Source of the DNA: a virus
Lineage: Duplodnaviria > Caudoviricetes
Direction: 5' to 3' (one strand)
IMG/VR virus record: IMGVR_UViG_3300045952_000124
Span: 1,531 to 65,530 of that record
Length of the DNA stretch: 64,000 bases
Shown: positions 28,872 to 39,900 of the stretch, piece after piece
Layout: every line of letters begins with the position of its first letter
How positions within the stretch are numbered: position 1 is the stretch's first letter
The notes under the pieces: model-generated
Told to the model about the DNA's origin: nothing
The model's input: only the letters and a program-made list of their open reading frames with translations
Database searches by the model: none
Position numbers and translations under genes: made by a program

Positions 28872-29044
28872 CCTTTAGTCCTTAGCGAACCTACCGCCCG
28901 GAATTAGCCGACGCGCAGAGGGGCAGTCCTCCACCCGATGCGCCCGGCTATTTCCATTGTCCGACCGGGCAGCTCAGGCGAAGCAGAGCAGGCAGGAGCC
29001 GCCGCAGGGCCGCAGGTCGCGCAAGGCAACAGGAAGCAAAAGAT

Positions 29045-32000
29045 ATGGCAGATAACACGATACACGAAACAGTAATATTGGACGGCAATTCCGCAGGGGC
29101 GGAGCGTGCTATCGTGCGAACAGCCGACAGTATGGGCGTTGCTGAGAAGAAGGCAACTAGCTTCGGGGCGCGCATCAAAGCGTGGGGGCAGAACGTATCG
29201 CAGGCTGTTACCCGCACAGCAACGGGCGTAAAGAAGGCAGGCTCCGACCTTAGTAGCGGTCTGGACAAAGCGGAGCGCAGCACGTCCAAGATGAGCAAGG
29301 TTGCGCCCGGATTTATTCGCGGTCTAACCGGGATGAAGCTAGGCATCTTAGGAGCCGCGCTTGCCGCAGCGAAGTTGATAAAGGGTCTGATTGACATAGC
29401 AGGGCAGTCGGACCAAGCGCGGGAATTAGGCGAAACATGGAAGAAGTTGAAGGCGCAGATGGTCGCGCCGTTCGTGCATTTCCTAGCCGCAGCGTTCTCA
29501 ATATTGAACCGGGTCATGTCCGACCCGGCTGTGCAGAGGCTAATCGGTTGGTTCGCGGACCTTGCCCGGATCGTCCTGTCCGCCGTGCTGCCTGCAATCT
29601 CTGCGCTTGCCGGAGCCTTTCAAGGCTTCGCCGCCGCAGTCGTATCGGGCGATTGGGCAAACATATTCACACGGACTTGGGAAGGCTTCGTCGCAGGTTG
29701 GAACGATGCGGGCAAGGCGGGCGGCGTCGCTGCAGGAGCATCGTTCAATAAAGCGTTTGAGGCGGAAGCGGCAAAGGCGGCGGGCGGCGGCGGCGGCGGC
29801 AAGGCTGCGGGCGGTTTCCTGCGGAAGATAGGCGACTTGGGAACGGCTGCGGTTGACAGCCTGCTCTCCGCGTTCAGCAAGCCGGACCTAGATGTACTCG
29901 ACCAAGCAGCCGCAGCGATAAAGAGCCGGCTTGAAACGCTGTTCAAGCGGGGCGATATTGCGGAGGTAAACATAATCCCGGCGCAGATTGCCGGAGAGAA
30001 CGCGGTCGCGTTCGCTCTTGCCGAAGCGAACAAGGCGGGAGCCGACACGGAGAAGATCGTCGCCCGCGTCCGCGCCCGGTTGGTTACTCTCGGACCTGCC
30101 GTGCAGGACTACGTTGAGAACCTAATCCGCGCCCGCGAAGCGATGCGCCAACTGGAAGCCGCGACCGCCGACCTTGAAGAAGTGCAGTCGGAGCTAACGC
30201 GGGCGCAGGCTGAGTTCGCCGCAGCGCAATTGAGACAGGCTCAGGAAGCCGCAAAGCTGCTGCCTATATCAGACGCCCTGCGCGACAATGAGCAGGCTTT
30301 ACAGCGCCTCACAATCGCGCAGACGGCGGACCGCGAGAAGATTACAAGTCTAGCGGAAGAACAGGAGGACGCGGAGCGGGAGATAGCCCGGCTGCAGGGC
30401 GAACAGGCGGCGAAGCTTGCGGCATTGAAGCCGCTCCGCGACGCTGTGACGGCGGCGGCGGAAGCGCAGGCTGCGGCGGAGCGCAAAGTCAGGGACGCTC
30501 AGGATGAGCTAATCCCGTTGCAGGACAAGCTATATGAGCAGAACAAGGCAATCGCCGCCGCCGCAGAAGGGGTCACTGCAGCATCGGCGGAGCTAGCGGA
30601 CCTGCAGGAGCGTATTGGCGAAGCGCAAGCCGCCCGGCAGGAAGAAATATCGGACCTGCAGCAGCAGATTGAGGAAGCGGTACTGACGCAGGAAGCGGCG
30701 TTGAAGCAGGTCGCGGAGCATTACGCCCGGCAGATCGCGGACCAACAGAAGATCGTTGACGATGTAGACGCCCGTTGGAAGCGTGAGATAGACGGCGCGA
30801 CCGAAGCGTACCGGGCGGCGCAGCGCATACTTGCGTTGGAGGACAGGCGGCTCCGCATCGCCAATCTGCAGTACGCAAGGGAGCGGCTTGCGGCGCAGGG
30901 CATTACTGACCCCAACAAGCGGATCGCCGCGCTAGCGAAAATCAACCGGGCGCAGGAGCAATACAACGACCGGACGAAGGATGGGTACGAAGTCGCCCAA
31001 CTTGCGGCGCAGGTCGCGGAGGAAGAACTCAAGCTAAAGCAGGAAGCGGTTGACGCGGAGAAGGCGGAAGCGGTCGCGACGATAGCCCGCTTACAGGAAG
31101 CGCTTGAAAAAGAGCAGAAGTCGGCGGCGGAGCGGATCGCCAGCATCAGGGAGCAGGGCGCGATCCGGCTCCGCGACCTGCAGAGGGCGAACGACGAACA
31201 GACGAAGATAGAGCAGTCGGCAGTAAAGGAAGCGCAGGCGCGGGTAGAAGCGGCTCAGGCTGTGCAGGCGGCGGCGCAGGAGCAGGCTGACGCGACGGCG
31301 GCAAGCATTGAGGAAGGGAGCCGCCGCATCGAATTGCTCTCCCGAGAAGCCGAAGCAGCCCGGCGCACGGCAGAGGACGCCCGCACGCTATTGGAGAAGC
31401 GTGAGGCGGCGGTCCTGTCCGAGACGCAGGGAGCAATTGAAGCGGCGGAAGTGCGGGCTAAGAGCCTGTCGGACCAGCGCGCCGAAATTGAGGACCGACT
31501 AGGCGACGAAGCGCGGGCGCTTGAAGAACGCATATCGCGTGAGCAAAACGCGCTAGCGCTCCGCAAGTCGGAGTTGGAGGAACAGGCGGAGATTGAGAAC
31601 CGCCCACTACAGGCACGGCTTGATGCGTTAGGGCAGGAAGAAGCAGGGGCGCAGAAGCGCGTTGACGACGCGCAGGCGCTTGTAGATAAATATACCCTTG
31701 TCGCAGAGTTGGCGCAGGCGCGGGCGGAAGCCGAAGCCCGGAGCGCGGAGAGCATCGCGGCGCAGCGACAGGTGCTTGACGAAATGATAGCGGCAGCGCA
31801 AGCCGCAGGCGGAGGGGGAGCCGCCGCAGGACCGGACCTGTCCGGGTTCAACAGTGAGCTATCAAAGCTAATACAGGGCAGCAAGCCGCTTATAACCGAC
31901 TTCTGGCAGGGCTTCATAGATGAGCTTGTCAAGCGCAACCCGGACATTGTAAAAGCTTGGGATGATCTGGTCGCAAGGTTCAGCCTGTCCGGGCTTGGCA

Positions 32001-33865
32001 CGTTCCTAGACGAATTAGGCAAGACAGGCACATGGGCGTCGTTCGGCGGCTTTGAAGAAACGTTCACCGACATTGAAAACTTCCTTGCCGATCCGGGCAA
32101 GCAGTTTACCAAGTGGTGGGACGATATAGGGAAGCAGTGGGAGGAGTTCGGCAAAGGCGAAGCGGCTACCAGCTTCAACAACACTTTGAAGGGCATCGGA
32201 GACTCAATAGGGGATAGCTTCTCCAAAGTCGGCACGGCTTTTGTATGGCTGTGGGAAACGCTAGTCGGAGCGTGGAACGGCGGCACGCAATTCATAGGCG
32301 ACGCCGGGGCGTACATCGGTGACATGGCGGCGCGGCTGTGGCAATCCCTGTCGCAGACTTGGACCGACATAACGCAGGGAGCAAAGAACCTTTGGTCCGA
32401 CGTTACAGGTTGGTTCAAGCAGATTTGGGACGATCTGGTAGGCAACAGCATCGTACCGGACATAGTTGACGACGTTATGGAATGGTTCGGCAAGCTGCCG
32501 GGCAAGCTTATTGAAGTAGGCAAGAAAATCCTAGACGGCGCGACGCAGCCGTTCAAGGACGCAGCGAAGAACATAGTCGGCGCAGGCTCCGCAGTCGGCG
32601 GCTTCATAGGCGACATTTACAAGGGAGTAACGGGCGGCTTTACGGACGTGAAGGACGATACCGGACCCCTGATAAAGACCTTCTTGGACGGCGCGCAGGA
32701 CATGTTCAAGGGAGCGCGTGATGTTGTCGTAGGAGCGACCGGGCAGGGCGGCGTAATCCAAACCGTAAAAGAGGGCGTGCAGTCCGGGTTCTCCGCTATG
32801 AAGGAGCAGGCGGTCGGCACGGACGGCAAGAGCGGGCTAGTCGGTGGGCTGATCGCGGGCGTCGGCAGCATGTTCGGGCTAATGAAGGATGAGGTTGCAG
32901 GACCGACGAACAGCAAGCTAGCGCAGCTCAAGTCGGACGCCGGGACGCGCCTGCAGGAGTTCAAGACCGAAGCGGAAACAAAGACCGGAGAGATAAAGAC
33001 GTCGGTCACAGGCAACCTAGCGACGGCGCAAACAGAGGGGTCGGCGTCGTTCAACACGTTGAAGAACGATGTTGTGCTTGTGTTGACTAACCTGCCGGGC
33101 GCAATCGGTCCGCTCCTGATAGCGATTATGAACGCCTTCAAGGTAGTGTTCGGACCGAAGGAGCAGAACGGCACGATACTTTGGATGATGACGCACGGCG
33201 ACCAACCGAACGGCAACATAGCGGGCGGCTTCTTCCCGATGCTGGAATACTGGATCAGGTACTATCTGGACTACCAGCGCAACAGCGTGTGGGTCGCAAG
33301 CTTCGATGCCTTGTTCGGCGCGCTAAAAACGTTCCTAGACCCGGAAGGGCATAAAGCGATTGAGCTACTCGGTTGGGTAGAAAGTCTAGGCACGAAGATC
33401 GGAGAGGCGCTAGCGAAGGGCATCCTATCGCAGAAGCAGGCGACGTACGACGCAGGCAAGGCGATAGTTGACAGCGCGAAGCAGGGCGCGGACGATGCGG
33501 CGGGCAACCCTCAATCGCCTGCTCCTGCGTTTATACCGCTAGGCAAGCAGAGCGGCGAGGGCTACGAATACGGGCTATTGAGCATGCTCCGGCGCATCGC
33601 TTCGGCAGGTCGCGCAATGGTCACAGTCGCAGCCGCCGCCGCAAGCGGGGGAGGAAGCTTCGGACCAATGCCTATGCCCGCTCTTGCCGGAGCCGCAGGA
33701 CGGGGCGCAATCGGAGTGAGCGGCATAGCCGGAGTAGCGGTAGCGCCTCTGCCGTCGCGGGCGCAGGCTCCGGTGCATACCCACATCGGAGTGCAGCACG
33801 TCCACAACAACAACCCGTACACGGACCTGTCGGAGCAGGAGCGGCTTGGCGGACTGGTCAGGTAG
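29045..33865 (+). CDS. Tape measure protein
   Basis: 1606 aa, Ala/Glu/Gln coiled coil, periodic W/F repeats, C-terminal SPAPAFIPLGKQSGEGYEYGL motif. Confidence 0.9.
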   Translation: MADNTIHETVILDGNSAGAERAIVRTADSMGVAEKKATSFGARIKAWGQNVSQAVTRTATGVKKAGSDLSSGLDKAERSTSKMSKVAPGFIRGLTGMKLGILGAALAAAKLIKGLIDIAGQSDQARELGETWKKLKAQMVAPFVHFLAAAFSILNRVMSDPAVQRLIGWFADLARIVLSAVLPAISALAGAFQGFAAAVVSGDWANIFTRTWEGFVAGWNDAGKAGGVAAGASFNKAFEAEAAKAAGGGGGGKAAGGFLRKIGDLGTAAVDSLLSAFSKPDLDVLDQAAAAIKSRLETLFKRGDIAEVNIIPAQIAGENAVAFALAEANKAGADTEKIVARVRARLVTLGPAVQDYVENLIRAREAMRQLEAATADLEEVQSELTRAQAEFAAAQLRQAQEAAKLLPISDALRDNEQALQRLTIAQTADREKITSLAEEQEDAEREIARLQGEQAAKLAALKPLRDAVTAAAEAQAAAERKVRDAQDELIPLQDKLYEQNKAIAAAAEGVTAASAELADLQERIGEAQAARQEEISDLQQQIEEAVLTQEAALKQVAEHYARQIADQQKIVDDVDARWKREIDGATEAYRAAQRILALEDRRLRIANLQYARERLAAQGITDPNKRIAALAKINRAQEQYNDRTKDGYEVAQLAAQVAEEELKLKQEAVDAEKAEAVATIARLQEALEKEQKSAAERIASIREQGAIRLRDLQRANDEQTKIEQSAVKEAQARVEAAQAVQAAAQEQADATAASIEEGSRRIELLSREAEAARRTAEDARTLLEKREAAVLSETQGAIEAAEVRAKSLSDQRAEIEDRLGDEARALEERISREQNALALRKSELEEQAEIENRPLQARLDALGQEEAGAQKRVDDAQALVDKYTLVAELAQARAEAEARSAESIAAQRQVLDEMIAAAQAAGGGGAAAGPDLSGFNSELSKLIQGSKPLITDFWQGFIDELVKRNPDIVKAWDDLVARFSLSGLGTFLDELGKTGTWASFGGFEETFTDIENFLADPGKQFTKWWDDIGKQWEEFGKGEAATSFNNTLKGIGDSIGDSFSKVGTAFVWLWETLVGAWNGGTQFIGDAGAYIGDMAARLWQSLSQTWTDITQGAKNLWSDVTGWFKQIWDDLVGNSIVPDIVDDVMEWFGKLPGKLIEVGKKILDGATQPFKDAAKNIVGAGSAVGGFIGDIYKGVTGGFTDVKDDTGPLIKTFLDGAQDMFKGARDVVVGATGQGGVIQTVKEGVQSGFSAMKEQAVGTDGKSGLVGGLIAGVGSMFGLMKDEVAGPTNSKLAQLKSDAGTRLQEFKTEAETKTGEIKTSVTGNLATAQTEGSASFNTLKNDVVLVLTNLPGAIGPLLIAIMNAFKVVFGPKEQNGTILWMMTHGDQPNGNIAGGFFPMLEYWIRYYLDYQRNSVWVASFDALFGALKTFLDPEGHKAIELLGWVESLGTKIGEALAKGILSQKQATYDAGKAIVDSAKQGADDAAGNPQSPAPAFIPLGKQSGEGYEYGLLSMLRRIASAGRAMVTVAAAAASGGGSFGPMPMPALAGAAGRGAIGVSGIAGVAVAPLPSRAQAPVHTHIGVQHVHNNNPYTDLSEQERLGGLVR

Positions 33866-33932
33866 AGGGCAAGTGTTCTAATTTTCTTACCTGCGGCGGC
33901 GGTCGCAGCAGGAGCAGCGCCCGGTCGCATAG

Positions 33933-34040
33933 TAGCAACCATGTGCTAATATCAGGCACGAAATCGTCAGAATATGGGCATGACTATAAACGTACTCTGC
34001 AGAGGTATTGACGCGGCTGAATGGCTCTCAGCGCGTCTCA
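33933..34040 (-). repeat. Dispersed element copy B (inverted), inside 13-bp inverted repeats
   Basis: Reverse complement TGAGACGCGCTGAGAGCCATTCAGCCGCGTCAATACC...TATTCTGACGATTTCGTGCCTGATATTAGCAC; flanked by TGTTCTAATTTTC (33874-33886) and GAAAATTAGAACA (34103-34115). Confidence 0.9.
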
Positions 34041-34141
34041 AAGGGAATGACGGGAGCATGCGAAACAGCCGCCGCAGGGGTAAAATGGGGGCAGGCGGAG
34101 CGGAAAATTAGAACAGAATGTAAAGAAGTGAGGGACGCAGA

Positions 34142-35881
34142 ATGGCGGCACAACCGTACTCCGTGAAGATAATTGACCCTGTGACGCTCGATGAGTTGGA
34201 CATAGGAGACGATGTAAACTTTACATCGGAGACGTTCGGCTTGCATGACTACCCAACGGTTGAAGCGGTAATCTCTGCCGGGCAGCGCGGGGCGAAGCTG
34301 GTAGATGCGCGGTACGTGCCGCGACAGTTCACACTCAACATAACGATTGAGGCAGGGGCGGACGTATGGCCCGTGAGGAACGCAGCTCATAACGTCGCCC
34401 GCGACCTGCTAATCCGCGCCCTGCCGCCCGGAGAGGAGCGCATCATCCGCACGCAGTATCTAGGCACGGCGGGCTTTTGGGACTGCCGGGCGGTCGTGAA
34501 CAACATCGCTTGGCAGGTCGGCTCGCGGACGTACGCCGCAAGCTTTACGGCTCCTGACCCGGAGCTAGTCAACACGGCTGTGCAGGACGATACTCAGACT
34601 TTGCCTAGCGGAGCATCGCCGCAGAGGTCGTTCAATATTCCGGTCGGCGGCAACGTCGCGACGCGCCCACAGCTTGTCATAACGCCGACCGCTCCGAAGC
34701 TTACGCGCTGGAACTGGCGGCGCGTGTACACGGTTGAGAACCCTGACAACATCTATGTGCGCGGGTATCCGGTGTGCATTGACATAGACTATGCCGCGCT
34801 GATCGGGGCGGGCAAGCTTGAAGCGGCGGCGGAAGACCTGCGCGTGATAGCGAACGGGATTATGTCAAACTGGTGGGTCGGCAACTTCCCTGACGCGGAC
34901 GGCAAGCTTTGGGTAGAGTTGGACATCCCGGCACTAGGCACGGTTGAGGTGCAGGTAATCTACGGCAACGCCAGCGCGGAAGAATGGGAGAACAGTTATC
35001 TAGGACCGTTGTTCAATACTAGCGACAGCACGAACCTTATGTGGCGGTACTTCGGGCGCTTCAAGGATGTTGCGGGCTTCGCATCGTCGCATACTTGGCA
35101 GTGGACGGAGCATACCGCGACGGCGCAGGGCATGCAGCCGATCCGGTCGCACAAGCCGCCGCCGTGGTACGCGATTGACGCGGGCAAAGTCAATGCGGCG
35201 GGCGGAGAGGTTCCGGTCGCGGCGCAGATACAGGGCTACGCCGGGCTATCGCTGCACCACCCGCTAGGCTTCTGGAAGTATGACGTTGCGGGCTACACGC
35301 TGCTGGACCCGGACAATGCGAAGCTTGTCTCCCGGCTCCGCCCGTTTGACGGCACGCCGCAGGTTGACACGGTGCTTGAAGATGCGGACACTTCCGGGGC
35401 GCTGACGCGGTTCCCTGCGGTCGGACTGGACACGTACACGCTGGCGCAGTCGTATGAGGCTATCACATTCGCCGTGCGCTCCGGCAGCGTGCATGCGGAG
35501 GAAGCGGGGCCAATCGGCGGCGTCGCGGAGTGCAACCTGTACATTGACGTTGACAAGGCTCCTATCGTATCGGGCGGCGTCGAAGAACAGATATACATGC
35601 TTGAGTTCTCAATCACGAACGCCCGCACGGGCGATGTGGTGCGGCTGTTCGGAGTAATCACCAAGACGGGCGGCGTGTGGAACTCGGTCATTGTAGACTT
35701 CGATGAGCAGACGGCGACAATGGCGGGCGGCAACTTCTACTACGCCCTGTCGCTTGGCGTGCCGATCCGCTCCGATTGGTTCCGGTTGAAGCCGGGCGAC
35801 AATAACGTTACCATACGGGATGAGGGGTCGGTCGGCGGCGGCTTGGAAGTCTACTTGGAGTGGCGGGAGCGCAGGTTATAA
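34142..35881 (+). CDS. Distal tail protein (Dit) with inserted domain(s)
   Basis: After TMP; PRQFTLNI, FTAPDP, GNVATRP, WFRLKPGDNNV, WRERRL; DUF2341-like insert (YPVCIDID...GKL....DLRV). Confidence 0.75.
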   Translation: MAAQPYSVKIIDPVTLDELDIGDDVNFTSETFGLHDYPTVEAVISAGQRGAKLVDARYVPRQFTLNITIEAGADVWPVRNAAHNVARDLLIRALPPGEERIIRTQYLGTAGFWDCRAVVNNIAWQVGSRTYAASFTAPDPELVNTAVQDDTQTLPSGASPQRSFNIPVGGNVATRPQLVITPTAPKLTRWNWRRVYTVENPDNIYVRGYPVCIDIDYAALIGAGKLEAAAEDLRVIANGIMSNWWVGNFPDADGKLWVELDIPALGTVEVQVIYGNASAEEWENSYLGPLFNTSDSTNLMWRYFGRFKDVAGFASSHTWQWTEHTATAQGMQPIRSHKPPPWYAIDAGKVNAAGGEVPVAAQIQGYAGLSLHHPLGFWKYDVAGYTLLDPDNAKLVSRLRPFDGTPQVDTVLEDADTSGALTRFPAVGLDTYTLAQSYEAITFAVRSGSVHAEEAGPIGGVAECNLYIDVDKAPIVSGGVEEQIYMLEFSITNARTGDVVRLFGVITKTGGVWNSVIVDFDEQTATMAGGNFYYALSLGVPIRSDWFRLKPGDNNVTIRDEGSVGGGLEVYLEWRERRL

Positions 35882-36901
35882 GTGCTGAACTTCTCCGGCG
35901 AATTGAGGGTGTTTGACCCGTTCGGCAAGCCAGTCGGAAGCCTGCCCGCGACGGGCATCGCGGTCGGTTGGAGCCTTGACGGGGCGGACCAAGCAAGCTT
36001 CGCCGTGCCTGCGGTTGGGCAGAAGTACGCGACGCAATACCTGCAGGAATTGAACCGGGTTGAGTTTCACCATGAAGCGCTGCCGCAGGTGTGGACAGGC
36101 GTTATCCTAAACACGAAGCCGGGCGGCGGCGTCCTGTCCGCGTCGTGCATATCGGCGGAGTGGTATTACCAGAAGCGGCACACGGAAGTCTGGACGCAAA
36201 TCATAGGCACGGGCGGAGCGATAGCGCAGGAGCTACACGCGCAGGCGGTCCGCAGGGAGCCGTTGGGCATCGTGTGCGGAGAGGTAGACAGGTCCGGCGC
36301 GGAGTATTACTTTGAGGCCAGCTTGAAAAGCACGTACGACGCCCTGCAGGAATTGAAGGAAATGGCGGGCGGCTACTATTGGGTAGAGAAGACCGGGCAT
36401 CTGCACTCCGACCTGTGGCAATTGCGATGGGCGAAGCATCGCGGAGTGAGGCGGGTCGCGGACGTGCTGCTCTGCGGAGAGGTAATCGCGGAGCCGGACT
36501 TCAACCGGAGCGCCGCCGACGTTGCCACGTTCGCCTACGTGTTAGGCGGCGGCACAGGCAGCGAAATATGGCAGCGCTTGAACGTTGAGATGGTCAACCG
36601 GAGCGCCCGGCAGCAGTACGGGCTAATGGAGACGGTCATAGAATACCCGGAAGTTATAGACCTGACGCTGTTGCAGGACGCGGGCGGGCGCGACTTGGCG
36701 AAGCGGGGCAAAGTCGCAAAGACATTAGGCGTCTCGGTAGATAACAGGCGCAACATATTCGGCACATTTTGGGTAGGAGACACGGTACGGGCGCTCCTGT
36801 CCGGCGTAAACTTCTCCGGCTTCGATGGATCCGTGTTCGTCCGGGGCGTACAGTACAACACAGACACGGAAGCGCTTGGTTTAGTAGTGGAGATCGTCTA
36901 A
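35882..36901 (+). CDS. Minor tail / hub protein
   Basis: After Dit; YGLMETV, FWVGDTV motifs. Confidence 0.65.
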   Translation: MLNFSGELRVFDPFGKPVGSLPATGIAVGWSLDGADQASFAVPAVGQKYATQYLQELNRVEFHHEALPQVWTGVILNTKPGGGVLSASCISAEWYYQKRHTEVWTQIIGTGGAIAQELHAQAVRREPLGIVCGEVDRSGAEYYFEASLKSTYDALQELKEMAGGYYWVEKTGHLHSDLWQLRWAKHRGVRRVADVLLCGEVIAEPDFNRSAADVATFAYVLGGGTGSEIWQRLNVEMVNRSARQQYGLMETVIEYPEVIDLTLLQDAGGRDLAKRGKVAKTLGVSVDNRRNIFGTFWVGDTVRALLSGVNFSGFDGSVFVRGVQYNTDTEALGLVVEIV

Positions 36902-39900
36902 ATGGCTATAGTAATTCGGGATGAGCGCCTGAACAGGTCGCAGATCGCGCAGGTGCAGTACCCAAACAACATATTTTCCCGGCTTGCGGACCTAGAATTG
37001 GGCGCGCGCCTGCCGCATGGCGGCGTCCGGGGCGGCGGCGACCCAAACGCGGGCGGCACGCTTGAAACTCCGCGCATAACGGCGGTCGCGCCGCAGTACG
37101 CATGGGACCCGGAGCTATCGCGGTGGGTAATTTCGCTGTCAGTGACCTTTGCCTACGCTCCGCCGTCCGATTTCATGCACCTGCACGTAGAAATCAACGG
37201 TCCGGGCGGATTTTACTACCCGGTTTTCATATACCCGCCCTACGCAAGCCCGTCCGTCATAAGCGACGTTGGCCTGCAGTTCAACGGCGACTACTTCCTG
37301 CGGGTAAGGGCGGCGACGCGGAGCCGGGGCTACACGGAATGGTCGGACTTCGCCGGACCGTACCACATTGACGCCGATCCGCGCCGCCCGGAAGCGCCGA
37401 CGAACGTCCGGCGAGACATGACTATCAATCCGCCGTTCGGCTATACGTACGCTCCGGCAGGCGGCGGCGTCGTGCGCGGCGAAGTGGGCATACTGTGGGA
37501 TTGGGACGGCGGCAGCATCGCTAACCCGGACGAATGGGAGTTCAAGTTCTGGCACGACGGGCAGGTTGAGGCGGACGCTATAATCTGGTCACTGCCGGGC
37601 GTGTGGCGCGGCGTCTACGTGCAGAACCTTCAGCTACCGCATACTTGGCACTTCCGCGTGCGCGGTCGGTTGGGACCGCTATGGGGCGACCTGTCCGGCG
37701 ATTACAACTTCCTCTTTCCCGCGTTCGTCTCGCAGCCGCCGACGCTGTTCACCCGCGACACTGCAGCCGGGCAGAACGGTTGGGCGTACCCTTCGCCGGG
37801 CGTCGCCGGGATACACTTGAAGTTTGTTGCTCCTGCGCTGCAGCCGGACCAATACCACCTGCACGAATATGTGACGGGCAGTCCGACGCCGATCCGGTCG
37901 TTCACTGTGGCAGGCGACGCGACAACAGCCTTCATAACAGGGCTATCGGTCGGCACGAATTACACGTACAAGATTGTCGCGATAAAGTTTGGCGCCCCTT
38001 CGGTCGGCGTGGATTACGTCGCGGGCGTCGTGCCGGACCCGCCGAACCCAAGCCCGCCGACTTGGAACGTTCCGGCAATCCTGTACGCCGGGCAAGACCC
38101 GATTACGGGCAAGAGCAACCTGCACCTTCAATGGGTACACGCGGTCGGCAGCACGGAGCTAGACCACGCATGGTACGACCTGTGGTGGCAGCAGGCGGCG
38201 AACGGCAAATACTATGAGGACGGCGACGCCTACACGCCGCCCGTGCATGGGGTGAGGGTGCAGGGCTTCCGGGTCGCGGAGACGATAGTCGGCAGGTTTG
38301 ACCGGGGCGTGCAATACAACTTCTGGATAAACGCAGAGAGCGCCGCAGGGGGATACTCCGCGAACAGCGCCGTCCAGTCCTTCACAATCGCTGCCCCGGC
38401 TCCGCCGCCGCCGCCGACTGACGACACGTTCACGAAGCAGACTGACAACCCGATAGGCACGCTTGTGCCGGACCCGGCAGGAGACGTGTTCAGCGTTGAG
38501 CTATCCAACGATGTAACGTTCGCCGGGGCGCAGTCCATGTTTGCGAAGTTCACCGGGCTATCGTTCATACTTGGCGGACCGCCGTACCAAGCGGAGCAGT
38601 TTTTCTACGGGCCTTACTACAAGGCGGAGCCGGGGCGCGTGTACAATGCGCGGAGCGCGGCTCACAAGAGTACCGCATCGGGCATCTATGAAACGGACTT
38701 CCGCGACTTCGTTGAGTTCTACGATGAGGGCGGGTCGTTCGTAAGTGAGGTAGACGTGCAGGCGGCAGTGACGCTTGCGGACGATACCGACACATTCTTT
38801 GAGGCGAAAGTTGAGGCTCCTGCGGCGGCGCGCATAATGCGCCGGGTCTACTGGCTAGGCATCGCTGTGGCAACATCGGGCGTGGAGCAGGATGTGTATC
38901 TAGGCTCCCCCCACATAGAGGAAGAAACGACGGCTCCTAAACTGTCGCTGCTCCTGCCGTACAAAGGCACGATGCAGCTCATAGACACCGGGCTGTTAGA
39001 AGCGGGCAAGGTATCCCTGTCGGAAGACGGTCAATTTGTGCAGGCGGACGCAGCGTCTACCGGGTCGCAGGTCACGTTCCTGACGGACGAAGTGCCGCCG
39101 CGAGAGTACGGGCGTCTTGCCGGAGTAGGCGGCGGTTTGGAGTGGAATGTCGGCTTTGACCTGCTACACCCGGACGCGCTAGGACAGGTCAACTTCGTCA
39201 ACACGATAGACGGGCGCGTGCAATTCCTTAGTTCGTCAACCTTCTTCTTTGAGGTTACAGGCTTCGGCTCCGCCCGCTTCGGGTCGGAGTTGTGGGCGAC
39301 CAACACGCTCCGGGCATCGGGCGAAGTGAGCGGCTACTCACACAGCGTCAGGCTGCGAATAGGCAACTATGCCTACTCCGGCTTGGACCGGGCGGCTGTG
39401 CGGTTTGAGGGCGTTGCTGCGGGCAGCACGTTTACCCTGTTGAACGATTACACGGCGGTCGCGATGCGGCTCCTGTTGAACACGACAGAGGTATTGCGGG
39501 TAGAGAGCGACGGCGACTTGGTAGCGCTGCAGGACGTGTACGCCCGCGACTTCGTAGCGTCTCGGGAAGTGCTTGCGACGGGCGACGTTGAGACGCAAGC
39601 CAACTTCCGGGGCGCGAACGGCACGGTCCTTTGGTGGGGGTCTGACACGAACCTGTACAGGTCGGCGGCGGGCTACTTGAAGTCGGATAGCGGTTTCTCA
39701 ATGACGGGCAAGTTCGCATCGGGCGGAGTGCTTGACGGAACCTATTGGGCGCGCATCTACTCAACGCTAAAGGTAGACGGCGTGATTACAACAGGTGCTT
39801 CGTACCAAGCGGGCGGCGAGATACAGATGTTCGGCTACGGAGTGTACACGTCATACGACACGATGCACGGTATGGTACAGGACGCCGGGATAAACGGTCC

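Noticed and set aside
31255-32616. Long minus-strand ORFs (also 4368-5273, 20617-21720, 46751-48148, 50862-52148, 58035-59063, 62929-63894)
   Set aside because: Shadow ORFs antisense to well-supported + strand genes in GC-rich DNA; low-complexity Ser/Ala/Arg translations and no RBS.
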